From IMG/VR virus record IMGVR_UViG_3300045988_018861: a stretch of 35,795 bases of DNA. One strand, written 5' to 3'. The notes beneath the pieces are model-generated. The model was not told where the DNA came from. It made no database searches and saw only the letters and a list, made by a program, of their open reading frames with translations. The position numbers and the translations under genes were made by a program. Source of the stretch: a virus. The first letter of the stretch is position 1, and each line of letters starts with the position of its first letter. Below are positions 14,633 to 24,948 of this stretch, piece by piece.

Positions 14633-15631
14633 ATGGCTATTACTCTTACAGAAGCAAAGGTCGGCATGGCTGATCGCGTTGACCAGATGGTGGTTGACGA
14701 ATTTAGACGTTCTTCTCTCCTGCTTGATAATCTCGTGTTTGATAACGCGATTTCCCCGGGCACTGGCGGTTCTACGCTGACTTATGGTTATATCCAGTTC
14801 AAAACCCCAAGCACGGCTTCTGTTCGAACCATTGGCAGCGAGTACACTGCTGGCGAAGCAAAGCGCGAGGAAAAGACCGCGAAGGCCGTCATCATGGGCG
14901 GTTCTTTTGAGGTTGACCGTGTGCTTCAGGAGACTTCCGGCGCGATTGATGAGCTTGCTTTCCAGGCGCAGCAGAAAATTAAGGCGACGAGCAACTATTT
15001 CCACAATCTTGTTATTAACGGCACGTCCGCCGCTTCCGGGGCTGGATATGTCACCAACACTTTTGACGGCCTGAAAAAGCTGCTCAACGGCACGTCGAAC
15101 GAATTTACGACGGATATCGATCTATCTGATTCCGCGAAGGTGACCAGCAACGCTAATGCGTTTGTTGACCAGCTCGACCAGCTTGTTCACGCGCTTGATG
15201 GTGACGCGACCATGCTGCTGATGAATGGCGATATGCTGCTCAAGGCGCGCGCCGCCGCCCGCCGTGTTGGCTACTATGAGCGAACGAAGGACGATTTTGG
15301 CCGCGTGGTTGAAACGTTCGCTGGAATCCCGATGTTCGACATGGGCAAGTATTACAACGGCTCTGCATCCGTCGATGTTATCGGTACTTCTGCCGCGTCT
15401 ACTACTGCTGCCGGTACTTCCAGCATTTACGCGGTCAACATCGGCCTTGACGGTTTCCACGGCATTTCCCCGACCGGCACGAGCGTGATTTCCACCTATA
15501 TGCCGGATATGTCTCAGCCGGGCGCTGTCAAGAAGGGCGAGGTCGAGCTTGTCGCTGGCGTTGTCCTTAAGAACACGCTCAAGGCCGCGGCTCTGAATGG
15601 CATCGTGCTCAAGCCGAAGACCGGCGCTTGA
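14633..15631 (+). CDS. Major capsid protein
   Basis: 332 aa after the scaffold gene; MAITLTEAKVGMADRVDQMVVDEF...; size and position. Confidence 0.8.
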   Translation: MAITLTEAKVGMADRVDQMVVDEFRRSSLLLDNLVFDNAISPGTGGSTLTYGYIQFKTPSTASVRTIGSEYTAGEAKREEKTAKAVIMGGSFEVDRVLQETSGAIDELAFQAQQKIKATSNYFHNLVINGTSAASGAGYVTNTFDGLKKLLNGTSNEFTTDIDLSDSAKVTSNANAFVDQLDQLVHALDGDATMLLMNGDMLLKARAAARRVGYYERTKDDFGRVVETFAGIPMFDMGKYYNGSASVDVIGTSAASTTAAGTSSIYAVNIGLDGFHGISPTGTSVISTYMPDMSQPGAVKKGEVELVAGVVLKNTLKAAALNGIVLKPKTGA

Positions 15632-15651
15632 TGAATAACTGAAAATGGGCG

Positions 15652-16086
15652 GTGCGAGAAATGCTGTTAGATGATATGTGCGCTATCTGCCGGAATTATT
15701 TTACCGATGATTCCGCGAAGCATAAAGGGACTTTTACGGTCAAAGACGGCGTTCTCGCGCCGCTTGACTATTTTGCGGAGGGGCAATACTTCCGTGTTTT
15801 GGGGAGCGTCTTTAACGACGGCGTGCATCAATACCCGGCGTCTGATTTGACGGATGAGGTTTTTGATGGGGAAGTCTGGTCTATGCGCTTGCCTCCGGCG
15901 TTTTTGGCTTTGGCTGGGGAAATCGACGAATACAAGCAAAAGACAGATGGTGGAGGTGCTTCGCCGTACACGTCTGAATCTTTTGGCGGGTATTCTTATG
16001 AAAAAGCAACTGACGCGGAGACTGGCGCGCCGCTTTCGTGGCAAGCCGTGTTCGCGCCGAAGCTTAACAGATGGAGGAAAATCTAA
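15652..16086 (+). CDS. Putative head-tail connector/adaptor (hypothetical)
   Basis: Called by position only; the start may be ATG 15661. Confidence 0.45.
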   Translation: MREMLLDDMCAICRNYFTDDSAKHKGTFTVKDGVLAPLDYFAEGQYFRVLGSVFNDGVHQYPASDLTDEVFDGEVWSMRLPPAFLALAGEIDEYKQKTDGGGASPYTSESFGGYSYEKATDAETGAPLSWQAVFAPKLNRWRKI

Positions 16087-16433
16087 TGTCGCTGTTGGAA
16101 GAAAGCATGAGAGATTGTATGTTTCTCGACAAAACGACGCAGGATAATCAAGAGGGCGGGTATGACGTTATCTGGAAAGAGGGCGCAACATTCAAGGCCG
16201 CGATTGTATGCGATAATAGCATGGAGGCACTCACCGCGCAGAAAGCGGGCGTGACCTCAAATTACACAGTCACGGTTCACAAGCCTGTCGAGTTGACCTA
16301 TCACACTGTTTTCAAGCGGCTGGAAGATGGGAAAATCTTTCGTGTTACCTCTGACAGCGACGATGTGCAGACACCCGCGCGATCGAGTTTTCAGGTCGCG
16401 CAGGTGACTGCCGAGGAATTTACGCCTACTTGA
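16086..16433 (+). CDS. Putative head closure protein
   Basis: TAATG overlap with the upstream stop; GGAGGA lies 7 nt upstream of ATG 16086; size and position. Confidence 0.5.
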   Translation: MSLLEESMRDCMFLDKTTQDNQEGGYDVIWKEGATFKAAIVCDNSMEALTAQKAGVTSNYTVTVHKPVELTYHTVFKRLEDGKIFRVTSDSDDVQTPARSSFQVAQVTAEEFTPT

Positions 16434-16450
16434 TAAGGTGATGCGGAAAA

Positions 16451-16816
16451 ATGACAAAAGAAGCAGCACTTTACAATTTTTACAAGCAATTTCTTCCTCC
16501 TTATGAGGAAAACACTGTGCCGGACAACGCAAAATTGCCCTATCTGACTTATAACATTGTCACTGGCGGCTTTCGTGACGGCGAATGTGCGTTAACCGTG
16601 TCCATCTGGTATCGAGATACAAGCTGGGCAAAATGCAATGCAAAGGCGCGAGAAATTGCGGCTAAAATCCCTGAAAGCGGTGCGTGGATTGAATGCGACG
16701 ATGGCGCGATTTGGCTGAAACGAGGAAGCCCGTTCGCGCAGAATATGCCGGATGACGACAGGGACATTCGGAGAAAGTATTTCAATCTGACTGCCGAATA
16801 CGTTACAACGATTTAA
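16451..16816 (+). CDS. Putative tail completion/terminator protein
   Basis: Position before the major tail gene; 121 aa. Confidence 0.45.
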   Translation: MTKEAALYNFYKQFLPPYEENTVPDNAKLPYLTYNIVTGGFRDGECALTVSIWYRDTSWAKCNAKAREIAAKIPESGAWIECDDGAIWLKRGSPFAQNMPDDDRDIRRKYFNLTAEYVTTI

Positions 16817-16835
16817 CGAAAGGAATGAAAGCAAT

Positions 16836-17426
16836 TTGAAATTCACGAAAATTCCTTCTGATACTTTCCAGAAGCTGCAAATTAACGCAGCTATCATTTG
16901 CAGCGATTTCACACCGGCGACCGGCACGGTCGGCGAAAGCGGTCAGATTGGCGCAACCACTGGCGGCATCAATTTCACTGCCACCCCGACTTATACCGAC
17001 TTCGGCGAGGACATCGATAACTGCCCGAAGAACATGAAGGAACTCAAAAAGCTCGACAGTTGGGAAGCAAAGTGCTCTGGTACTTATGTCACGCTTGATA
17101 CCGCCGTCGCCAAGTCTCTGCTCGGAGCGGCTGATATTGGCACGACCGATACGACGAAGGTCACGCCGCGCAACGACCTTGCGCAGGCGGACTTTGACGA
17201 CATTTGGATTGTCGGCGATTACTCCGACAAAAACGGAGAGGAGAACGGCGGCTATGTAGCAATCAAGCTTATGAACGCGCTTTCTACTGGCGGCTTCCAG
17301 CTTCAGACTGCCGACAAGGCGAAGGGTCAGATGGCATTTGAGTACACCGCGCACTATTCGATGAACGCGCAGAATACCGTGCCGTTTGAAATTTACGTCA
17401 AGGCTGGCACTGCCGAAGCTGGCTGA
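16836..17426 (+). CDS. Major tail protein
   Basis: 196 aa, TTG start, immediately upstream of the chaperone pair. Confidence 0.65.
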   Translation: MKFTKIPSDTFQKLQINAAIICSDFTPATGTVGESGQIGATTGGINFTATPTYTDFGEDIDNCPKNMKELKKLDSWEAKCSGTYVTLDTAVAKSLLGAADIGTTDTTKVTPRNDLAQADFDDIWIVGDYSDKNGEENGGYVAIKLMNALSTGGFQLQTADKAKGQMAFEYTAHYSMNAQNTVPFEIYVKAGTAEAG

Positions 17427-17452
17427 TATAATAATTTAGGAGGCAAATTATT

Positions 17453-17824
17453 ATGAAACTTTCCGAACTTGATACTTCTCGCGCGGCAGACGTGCTTTGC
17501 GAGGCTGGCGCTTATGCGCTTAACATCCTGACCGACGAGGAACTCGCGGCAGAGCTTAAAAGCAAGATTGATAGCTCTGGCGAATTGTCGCGCCTTGAAC
17601 TTTACACCTTTGGCGCGCAGAAGATTAGCACACTTCTGCCGATCATCCTGAAAAAGCACCGCGACGATGTGTTTGGCATCCTCGCGGCTGTGAATGGATG
17701 CGCTATCAAAGACATTGCGCACCAGAACATCATGACAACGATGCAGCAGGTCAAGGAGCTTGTGTCAGACAAGGACATGATCGATTTTTTCAAATCCTGC
17801 GCGCCGGTGGAGACGAATGTTTAA
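17453..17824 (+). CDS. Tail assembly chaperone (gpG-like)
   Basis: Position before the tape measure gene; the slippery site lies near its 3' end. Confidence 0.7.
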   Translation: MKLSELDTSRAADVLCEAGAYALNILTDEELAAELKSKIDSSGELSRLELYTFGAQKISTLLPIILKKHRDDVFGILAAVNGCAIKDIAHQNIMTTMQQVKELVSDKDMIDFFKSCAPVETNV

Positions 17825-18096
17825 TTTGTCTGTCGGGCGCGCCTAAATGCAGTGTACATGGGCTGATTGTTTTATTGCCTAAATTAGTAAAAAATAGGCT
17901 TGAACAATCAGCCTATCGTTTATACACCGCCGAGTGTCTGCGGATGATTACCAAAAACACCGCAAACTTTAACGGTGGGGAATTTATCAAAGCAAAGTTT
18001 GAAGACGTTGTGAATCCGAAGCCGGTGGACAATCGCCCGGCAGAGGAAATCGCAGCTGATGTTATCAAACGTTGTGGACTGGTGGTGAAAGATTGA
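17453..18096 (+). CDS. Tail assembly chaperone frameshift product (gpGT-like) via -1 slip at 17785-17791
   Basis: The -1 frame is open from the slip site to TGA 18094-18096. Confidence 0.55.
17785..17791 (+). promoter_or_regulatory. -1 programmed frameshift slippery heptamer T_TTT_TTC
   Basis: X_XXY_YYZ in the zero frame (ga-T TTT TTC). Confidence 0.55.
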
Positions 18097-20147
18097 ACCT
18101 TTTTAACCTTTTTGTTAAAATTGGAGCCGACACATCAGGGGCTGAAAAAGGAATTGATGATGTCGGGAAAAAGACATCCAGTCTCGGCAGCAAAGTAAGC
18201 AAGGGTCTTGGCGTGACAGCCAAAGTTGTCGGTGCTGCTGTTTCTGCTGCTGCTGGAGGTGTCGCAGCTTTGGCGACTGCTGCTACAAAGTCATACGGTG
18301 ACTACGAGCAGCTTGTTGGTGGCGTGGAGACGCTTTTCAAGGAAAGCCAAGGCGTGGTGATGGAGTACGCCAACAACGCGTACAAAACCGCCGGGCTTTC
18401 TGCGAACGAGTACATGGAGACGGTCACGGGCTTTTCCGCGAGCCTGCTCCAGTCTCTCGGCGGCGATACCGAGAAAGCCGCAAAGTATGCGGATATGGCA
18501 ATCACGGATATGTCCGATAACGCCAACAAGATGGGCACGGATATGTCCTCAATACAGTATGCCTATCAGGGTTTTGCCAAGCAGAACTACACAATGTTGG
18601 ATAACTTGAAGCTTGGTTATGGCGGAACGAAAGAAGAAATGGAGCGGCTTCTTTCCGACGCGCAGAAGCTTTCCGGCGTTGAGTACGACATCTCCAGTTA
18701 CGCGGATATTGTGGATGCGATCCATGTGGTGCAGACGGAAATGGGCATTACTGGCACGACCGCAAAGGAAGCAGCAACCACGATTCAGGGAAGCGTTTCC
18801 GCGATGAAATCCGCATGGAAAAACCTTGTTATCGGCATCGCTGACGATAATCAGGATTTCAATAAGCTCGTAAACAACTTCGTTGACAGCGCTGTCACAG
18901 CCGGGAACAATATTATCCCTAGGATTGAAACATCAATTAAAGGCATTGCGAAGCTCGTATCATCGGCCTCGCAAAGCATAATCCCGCTTGCGGTTGATAC
19001 CATCGTTAATGCGCTCCCGGATGTGGTGTCTGCTGGCGCGAGTTTGATCGGATCGCTTGCAAACGCCATCACTAACAGTTTACCTACACTCGTCGCCTCG
19101 GCTGGTGACATTGTGCTCGAGCTAATTAACGGCATCACAGCCAAATCCGGTGACATTGTCAGCTCCGGCGCTACTATTGTAACTGATCTTGCCGAGGGTA
19201 TTTCAGAATTCGCGGTGAATCTAATTCCGGCTGTCACGACCCTCTCCTATACGCTTTGGGAAGAACTCACAAACCCATCGACACTTTCCTCCATTATGGG
19301 CGCAGCGCTTCAAATCATTATGTCGCTTGTGGAAGGGTTGATGGAAGCGCTCCCGATTATTTTACAGTCTGCTCCTGTAATTATAGGAAACCTCGTTGCC
19401 GGTTTGATCGTGATGCTCCCGCAGATCATCAACGCTGGTATTGAGATTCTGATGTCACTTGTAAACGGGATTCTTAATGCCATCCCCAGCCTCGTGGCGG
19501 CTATTCCAACCATCACTATGGCGATTGTTAATGGCATCTTGACGAATCTCGATGAAATCATACTCGCGGCCATCCAAATCACGCTTTCCATCGCCATGGG
19601 TATGATCGAGGCGATCCCGAACATGATTACGCAGTTGCCCAGGATTTTTCTGGCGATTGTGAACGCATTTAAGGGGTTTAGTTGGAGTGGTATCGGGCAC
19701 GATTTGTTGACAGGCATTTGGAACGGCATAAACGACAAAGTTGCTTGGCTCAAGAGCAAGGTACAGGGCGTTGTCGATAAGATCAAAGGCTGGTTCACCG
19801 GCAAAGATGGCTTCGATGAACACTCACCGTCGAAGTGGTCAAAGAAGGTGTTTCAGTATGTCATGGACGGCGGCGTGAACGGTATTGATGCTGGTATGCC
19901 CGGTATGATGTCCGCAGTTGGCGGTGCTGTTGATAGCATTAAAAATGGATTTGATATTGGCACGATTAGCGCGGGCGCGACCGCTTCTGGCAGCGCTCAA
20001 AACAACATTCGTGCGGCTATCCATGATGAGATTAGCAAGATTGGAATCTATCTTGACGGCAACACTCTCGTCGGCGGCATCTCTGATCGCATGAATCAGG
20101 GGCTTGGCAGTATTTACGCCGGTAACGAAAGGAGGGCGATGGCCTGA
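18072..20147 (+). CDS. Tape measure protein
   Basis: 691 aa, Ala/Gly/Ile-rich helical repeats, after the G/GT pair. Start uncertain (TTG 18072 or 18093). Confidence 0.85.
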   Translation: MWTGGERLNLFNLFVKIGADTSGAEKGIDDVGKKTSSLGSKVSKGLGVTAKVVGAAVSAAAGGVAALATAATKSYGDYEQLVGGVETLFKESQGVVMEYANNAYKTAGLSANEYMETVTGFSASLLQSLGGDTEKAAKYADMAITDMSDNANKMGTDMSSIQYAYQGFAKQNYTMLDNLKLGYGGTKEEMERLLSDAQKLSGVEYDISSYADIVDAIHVVQTEMGITGTTAKEAATTIQGSVSAMKSAWKNLVIGIADDNQDFNKLVNNFVDSAVTAGNNIIPRIETSIKGIAKLVSSASQSIIPLAVDTIVNALPDVVSAGASLIGSLANAITNSLPTLVASAGDIVLELINGITAKSGDIVSSGATIVTDLAEGISEFAVNLIPAVTTLSYTLWEELTNPSTLSSIMGAALQIIMSLVEGLMEALPIILQSAPVIIGNLVAGLIVMLPQIINAGIEILMSLVNGILNAIPSLVAAIPTITMAIVNGILTNLDEIILAAIQITLSIAMGMIEAIPNMITQLPRIFLAIVNAFKGFSWSGIGHDLLTGIWNGINDKVAWLKSKVQGVVDKIKGWFTGKDGFDEHSPSKWSKKVFQYVMDGGVNGIDAGMPGMMSAVGGAVDSIKNGFDIGTISAGATASGSAQNNIRAAIHDEISKIGIYLDGNTLVGGISDRMNQGLGSIYAGNERRAMA

Positions 20148-21220
20148 TGGGTAAACTTTTGACGTTTATGATGCGCTTGCACGGCTCTAGTACATGGGAC
20201 GAGATTGTGCCCGACACCGGCAAGCAAGTGACGGTCGTTTCTGCGACTATTGATAACCCAGTAGTCAAAACGGACACGGTAGACATCAACGCATATGATG
20301 GCGTGCTTGACTTTTCCAGCGTGCAAGGCATCCATTATGGCAACCGTAACATTAAAGTTACCTTGCGTAAGATCGCTGGCTCAACCTATGATTTTGATGC
20401 GCTGCGCAGAAAGTATCTCGGCCAGCTCGTAGACTGCCGGTTTGAAACAACCAGCGGATACTACTACTACGGCAGACTGACGGACATTGAGGACGATTAT
20501 CAGCAGGACTTCCGGACCATAACGCTGACGGTTGACGCGAATCCATTTAGGCGGCCTGTGTCTGGTGCAACAACGGTGGAGATCCCTGTATATAAAACAG
20601 GCGACCTTATGCCAGCTTCGCAAGGAGCCGCGAACATCGACACATATGCAATCGGCGGTATTGTCAATTATAGCTACACGGAAAATTCGAGTGGCAGTCA
20701 CGACATTTCGATGTCCCTTTCCAAGTCTGCCACAAAGGGCTATGTATATCTTACTATTACAGGGTTGACCGCCGGGTCTAAGTACAATCTCGACGTTAAA
20801 GGAATTTATGGAAACTCGTACATAACAATTCGCGCCGGTAGCAAAACAGGGGACATAATTGGGGAAAGCGAAATCAAGCAGTCAACAACGTTCATTTCAC
20901 CGTCAACGGCCGTGGTGCTTGTGTTCACCACTTGGTCCAGCAGCGCAAGATTTTTGTTTGTTAGTTTGTCCTTGGCGCAATGGACATCGACGCACATCGA
21001 TGGCGGCGACCGCGTTGTTTCCCCGACATATCTTGTTAGCATGTACAATATCAATATAGACGTTTTTGACGAAAACGGTAATAGCACTTCGACGGTGCTC
21101 AAAAAGTACACGTCGATGAACCCATATTTTGTTATACCACGTGGTGGGGCTGACATTATTGCGACTTCCAGAGAAAGAAGCATGACACTGGAAATTCAGT
21201 ACATGAAGGAGCGTCTGTGA
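20147..21220 (+). CDS. Distal tail protein (Dit-like)
   Basis: Position after the tape measure gene; ATGA-type overlap with its stop. Confidence 0.65.
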   Translation: MGKLLTFMMRLHGSSTWDEIVPDTGKQVTVVSATIDNPVVKTDTVDINAYDGVLDFSSVQGIHYGNRNIKVTLRKIAGSTYDFDALRRKYLGQLVDCRFETTSGYYYYGRLTDIEDDYQQDFRTITLTVDANPFRRPVSGATTVEIPVYKTGDLMPASQGAANIDTYAIGGIVNYSYTENSSGSHDISMSLSKSATKGYVYLTITGLTAGSKYNLDVKGIYGNSYITIRAGSKTGDIIGESEIKQSTTFISPSTAVVLVFTTWSSSARFLFVSLSLAQWTSTHIDGGDRVVSPTYLVSMYNINIDVFDENGNSTSTVLKKYTSMNPYFVIPRGGADIIATSRERSMTLEIQYMKERL

Positions 21221-22693
21221 ATGTTTGTATGCTATGTAGACGGAGACCTGCTTTTTTCCACCACGCAGATAAGCGGTCGAGAAATCATCTCCGGCTCGCT
21301 GACGGAAGAAATTAACGCGGTCAGCTCGCTTGAATTCACTCTGCCGCCGTCAAACGACATGGCATCGCAGGTAGAACCACATACGTCTGTAATTAAGCTG
21401 GAATCCGATGGCGTGGAAATCTTCCGTGGTACTGCGTCAAGCGTGAGCAAAAATTTTCGCGGTGATACCGTCGTAAGCTGCGATGGCATGATCGCGTTGA
21501 TGTCCGATGTCATCAAAGAGCCGTTCACCGTTTCCGCACGCGGGATTGAAAGCTATGTTACGGCCATTGTTAAAAATTACAACGATGGTGTTACCGCTGA
21601 CAAGGAGATTAAGGTTGGACAAGTCGTTGGGTTTGAAAGCCAGACATTCTCAGTTTCGCACAGCAAAGAGTGTAAAAACATCTTTGAGTTGCTGAAAGAG
21701 CTGAGATCGGAAAAGGGAGGCTATATCTGGGCATCCTACATCGGCGGCGATGTGTATATCAATTACACAAAAACAATCGGAAAAGAAAACAGCCAGCAAA
21801 TCGCGTTTGGCTCGAATCTCGTTAATATCGAGGGGCAGCTCGAAGTCGGTACACTCGTAACACGAGTTTGGCCGCTTGGCAAAGATGGGCTTACGATTGC
21901 AAGCGTTAACGACGGCAAGGCGTATCTGCAAAACGAAGCAGTCGAATTGCGCTATGGGCGCGTGGATAAAACAATACAGGTTGACAGTGACGATCCGTCT
22001 GTTGTAAAATCGTATGGGCAGGCGTATCTAACCCGGTACGCCGCGATGAACAACACCATCGCCTTGACAGCGATTGACCTGCACAATCTCGATAAAGCAA
22101 TTTCGTCGTTTGAAGTCGGTGATTCTGTTCGTGTGCTTTCTCCCCCGCATGGGATTGATGCGGAGATGGTGGTAAATAACATTTCGACCGACTTGGTGCG
22201 GATTTCAAATTCGAGAATCACACTTGGAGCAAAAAAGGGCAGCATCACGAGCATTATCTCGTCTGGCGGCGGGGCTAGTGGCTCTTTCGGTGGGGATTCC
22301 GGCGGCGTTGGTGTTGATTATGTTATCGACCAGGGCACGACCGGTAAATGGGTTTGGCGTAAATGGGCGTCCGGTATCGCAGAGATGTGGGCTACGTTCG
22401 ACACGGACAAACTGGTAATGACAGAGCAGACATGGGGTTCGCTATATACCGCATCGTGGATGGGCCTTGCATCAAACAAGGAAGCGCGCGCATATCCGTT
22501 TGCCTTTATCGAAAGCCCAATCGTGTCGGCAACGCCAACAGTTGGGAGCGGAAACATCTGGCTTGCCACAAACACGGAGAACGACATAGGCACAAGGTTG
22601 ACGCACGCCCCGGCATATCAGTGCGTTAGGGCGTCCGACGCGACGGTTAATAACCCGCAGATCAGCTACTATGTCATGGGCAAGTACAAATAA
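21221..22693 (+). CDS. Tail-associated (Tal / tail endopeptidase-like) protein
   Basis: 490 aa following Dit; Gly-rich linker SSGGGASGSFGGDSGG. Confidence 0.6.
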   Translation: MFVCYVDGDLLFSTTQISGREIISGSLTEEINAVSSLEFTLPPSNDMASQVEPHTSVIKLESDGVEIFRGTASSVSKNFRGDTVVSCDGMIALMSDVIKEPFTVSARGIESYVTAIVKNYNDGVTADKEIKVGQVVGFESQTFSVSHSKECKNIFELLKELRSEKGGYIWASYIGGDVYINYTKTIGKENSQQIAFGSNLVNIEGQLEVGTLVTRVWPLGKDGLTIASVNDGKAYLQNEAVELRYGRVDKTIQVDSDDPSVVKSYGQAYLTRYAAMNNTIALTAIDLHNLDKAISSFEVGDSVRVLSPPHGIDAEMVVNNISTDLVRISNSRITLGAKKGSITSIISSGGGASGSFGGDSGGVGVDYVIDQGTTGKWVWRKWASGIAEMWATFDTDKLVMTEQTWGSLYTASWMGLASNKEARAYPFAFIESPIVSATPTVGSGNIWLATNTENDIGTRLTHAPAYQCVRASDATVNNPQISYYVMGKYK

Positions 22694-22710
22694 ATGGAGG
22701 CGAATAGCTG

Positions 22711-23565
22711 ATGGAATTCATTGCTTGCAACTCGGACAATTACCGTTCTGGGCGCACACGGCCGGTGCAGTACATTGTGATGCACTACACGGCAAACAAC
22801 GGCGACACCGCGCGTAACAACTGCGATTACTATCACCGCGCGAGCGGCCTGCAGGCGAGCGCGCACTATTTTGTGGACGAGTATGGCGCGATGCAGTCCG
22901 TGCGAGAGGGCGACACGGCGTGGCACTGCGGCGCTCGGGCGTACTGGCATCCAGAGTGTCGCAACGCCAATAGCATCGGCATTGAGATGTGCAGCCGCAA
23001 GCGCGCCGATGGCAGCTACTACATCAAGCCGGAGACCGTGGCAAACGCCGCGGCGCTGGCACGGGAGATCATGCAGCGCTATGGCATCGACACCGACCAC
23101 GTGCTGCGGCACTACGACGTGACGGGCAAGCGCTGCCCCATGCCGTGGGTGGATGATCCGGCGCAGTGGACGGCATTTAAGGAGATGCTGACGCCGAAAA
23201 GCACTACTACAGACGAGGAGGATGATGACATGGTACGATACAGCAAAATTGAGGATGTTCCAGATTGGGCGCAGGACACGGTGCGCGAGATGATGGATGC
23301 GGGCGCTCTAAAGGGTGACGAGCACGGATGCATTGACCTTTCGCGGGACATGGTGCGCGGCATGGTGATCGGCAAGCGGTACGCGGACTCGCGCAGCCCT
23401 AGATATGCAACGATTGACGACGTGCCAGGATGGGCACGCGAGGAGACGCAGAAGCTGGTGGAGCGCGGCGCTCTGAAAGGCAATGCGCACGGCAAGATGG
23501 GCGTATCGATGGATATGCTGCGCACGATGATCGTGTGCCAGCGGATGATCGACGAAAACAAGTGA
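22711..23565 (+). CDS. Endolysin: N-acetylmuramoyl-L-alanine amidase (amidase_2/PGRP type) with two SLH-like wall-binding repeats
   Basis: YIVMHYTANNGD...HYFVDE...WHCG...NSIGIEMC...VLRHYDVTGKRCP. Repeats: IEDVPDWAQDTVREMMDAGALKG and IDDVPGWAREETQKLVERGALKG. Confidence 0.9.
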   Translation: MEFIACNSDNYRSGRTRPVQYIVMHYTANNGDTARNNCDYYHRASGLQASAHYFVDEYGAMQSVREGDTAWHCGARAYWHPECRNANSIGIEMCSRKRADGSYYIKPETVANAAALAREIMQRYGIDTDHVLRHYDVTGKRCPMPWVDDPAQWTAFKEMLTPKSTTTDEEDDDMVRYSKIEDVPDWAQDTVREMMDAGALKGDEHGCIDLSRDMVRGMVIGKRYADSRSPRYATIDDVPGWAREETQKLVERGALKGNAHGKMGVSMDMLRTMIVCQRMIDENK

Positions 23566-23579
23566 TGGAGGGACTACAT

Positions 23580-23834
23580 ATGAACATCAACTGGAAACTT
23601 AGATTACAGAACAAAGCGACGTTGACCGCGCTCGTCATGGCGCTGGTGGCGCTGGTGTATCAGGTGCTCGGTGTGTGCGGTGTCGTGCCGCGTGTGTCAC
23701 AGGATCAGGTGACGACGATCATCAGCATGGTTATCAACATTTTGTGTCTGCTCGGCATCGTGGTTGACCCGACGACGGCCGGAGTTGGCGACAGCGTGCG
23801 GGCTATGAGCTATGACAAGCCTAAAAAATACTAA
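23580..23834 (+). CDS. Holin (phi LC3 / LL-H-like family)
   Basis: MNINWKLRLQNKATLTALVMALVALV...LGIVVDPTTAGVGDS...; GGAGGG RBS. Confidence 0.8.
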   Translation: MNINWKLRLQNKATLTALVMALVALVYQVLGVCGVVPRVSQDQVTTIISMVINILCLLGIVVDPTTAGVGDSVRAMSYDKPKKY

Positions 23835-23845
23835 TAAATAATATA

Positions 23846-23884
23846 GGGCGTGAAGATTTCCATTGATTTTCACGCCCTTTTTTG
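23846..23884 (+). terminator. Rho-independent terminator
   Basis: GGGCGTGAA / TTCACGCCC 9-bp stem followed by a T6 run. Confidence 0.75.
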
Positions 23885-23914
23885 ATATATTTTGAATAGA
23901 GAGGAATTTTTACC

Positions 23915-24127
23915 ATGATTGACCAGAGCGATATTGAGCGTTTAGAAAAAATTTTTGTTACCCGTGAGGAATGCAACGACGTGACAAACGGCATCGGCGG
24001 CAAGCTGGCAAAAGATTCGACCAGGTTTGCCGTGCTGGAAGAGCGGATGAAGGTCAATAATTGGCTTACAACTGGAATCTGTGCCGGAATTGTTGCGCTG
24101 CTAATTAAAGTGTTTTTGGGAGGCTGA
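23915..24127 (+). CDS. XhlA-like small membrane protein
   Basis: N-terminal coiled segment (IERLEKIFVTREE...) plus a C-terminal TM helix WLTTGICAGIVALLIKVFLGG. Confidence 0.5.
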   Translation: MIDQSDIERLEKIFVTREECNDVTNGIGGKLAKDSTRFAVLEERMKVNNWLTTGICAGIVALLIKVFLGG

Positions 24128-24131
24128 TAAA

Positions 24132-24395
24132 ATGCCGGATTGCAACACCTGCAAAGCAAAAAAGAGCCCGCCTAATGTGCCGTATGTCGTGCACGAAGGG
24201 GTGATGTCTCGGCTGGAGCGCGTTATCAAGCGACTTTGGATTGCGCTAATTATGACAATCATTCTGCTTGTGGGCACAAATATTTTTTGGATTGCTTATG
24301 AATCGCAATTTGAAGATTCAGTTACCATCACGCAAGAAAACGACGACGGTTATAATAACTACGTCGGGAACGACGGCGATATAATCAATGGCTAA
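24132..24395 (+). CDS. BhlA/UviB-like small membrane protein
   Basis: VPYVVHEGVMSRLERVIKRLWIALIMTIILLVGTNIFWIAYE...NYVGNDGDIING. Confidence 0.5.
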   Translation: MPDCNTCKAKKSPPNVPYVVHEGVMSRLERVIKRLWIALIMTIILLVGTNIFWIAYESQFEDSVTITQENDDGYNNYVGNDGDIING

Positions 24396-24516
24396 ACAGA
24401 CAATAACTAAAACGCACAAGCGAAAAACAGGCGGCAACTCCGGCTATATCAAGTGTAATATCTGTCACGGAACTGGCCGCGTAAAACCCCCAAAGAGAAA
24501 GAAAGGGGGCAAATAA
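24388..24516 (+). CDS. Possible 42-aa basic zinc-knuckle peptide (below the track cutoff)
   Basis: MAKQTITKTHKRKTGGNSGYIKCNICHGTGRVKPPKRKKGGK; overlaps the upstream stop. Confidence 0.35.
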   Translation: MAKQTITKTHKRKTGGNSGYIKCNICHGTGRVKPPKRKKGGK

Positions 24517-24641
24517 TGCTTTCCGATTTTGAAATCATTCAGCATAAATTCCCGAAAAATGCTTATCCCATCATCCTATGCCTTGCAGACAATGACACTT
24601 TGCGGAAAGCGCAAAGATATCGTTATCACGATGTGAGGTGA
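24516..24641 (+). CDS. Possible 41-aa ORF (below the track cutoff)
   Basis: TAATG coupling; MLSDFEIIQHKFPKNAYPIILCLADNDTLRKAQRYRYHDVR. Confidence 0.3.
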   Translation: MLSDFEIIQHKFPKNAYPIILCLADNDTLRKAQRYRYHDVR

Positions 24642-24645
24642 TTAT

Positions 24646-24948
24646 ATGGTGTACTACGTTTCGCACTGCTATCAGGGAAACCAGGAAAATGTTCGCAATG
24701 CTGCAAAAATCACACATGACTTGCAGATGGCAGATCAAAATAACTGCTATATTTGCCCATTACTTGCATTTTCACACATGGAATATGGAGAAATTGGATA
24801 TGAACAGGAAATGGAGTTGTGCCTTGATTTGCTATCGGTGTGTGATGCCATAATCGTCGCATCCAAGGTTAGCGAGGGCGTGCGACGTGAAATCGAGTTT
24901 GCAAAGATGGTCAACATGGAGGTAATTTACCTTGCCGAAACCGACTGA
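24646..24948 (+). CDS. Hypothetical protein, possibly nucleoside 2-deoxyribosyltransferase-like fold (DUF4406/DUF7768-like)
   Basis: YYVSHCYQGNQENVRNAAKITHDLQ...CDAIIVASKVSEGVRREIEFAKMVNMEVIYL. Confidence 0.35.
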   Translation: MVYYVSHCYQGNQENVRNAAKITHDLQMADQNNCYICPLLAFSHMEYGEIGYEQEMELCLDLLSVCDAIIVASKVSEGVRREIEFAKMVNMEVIYLAETD

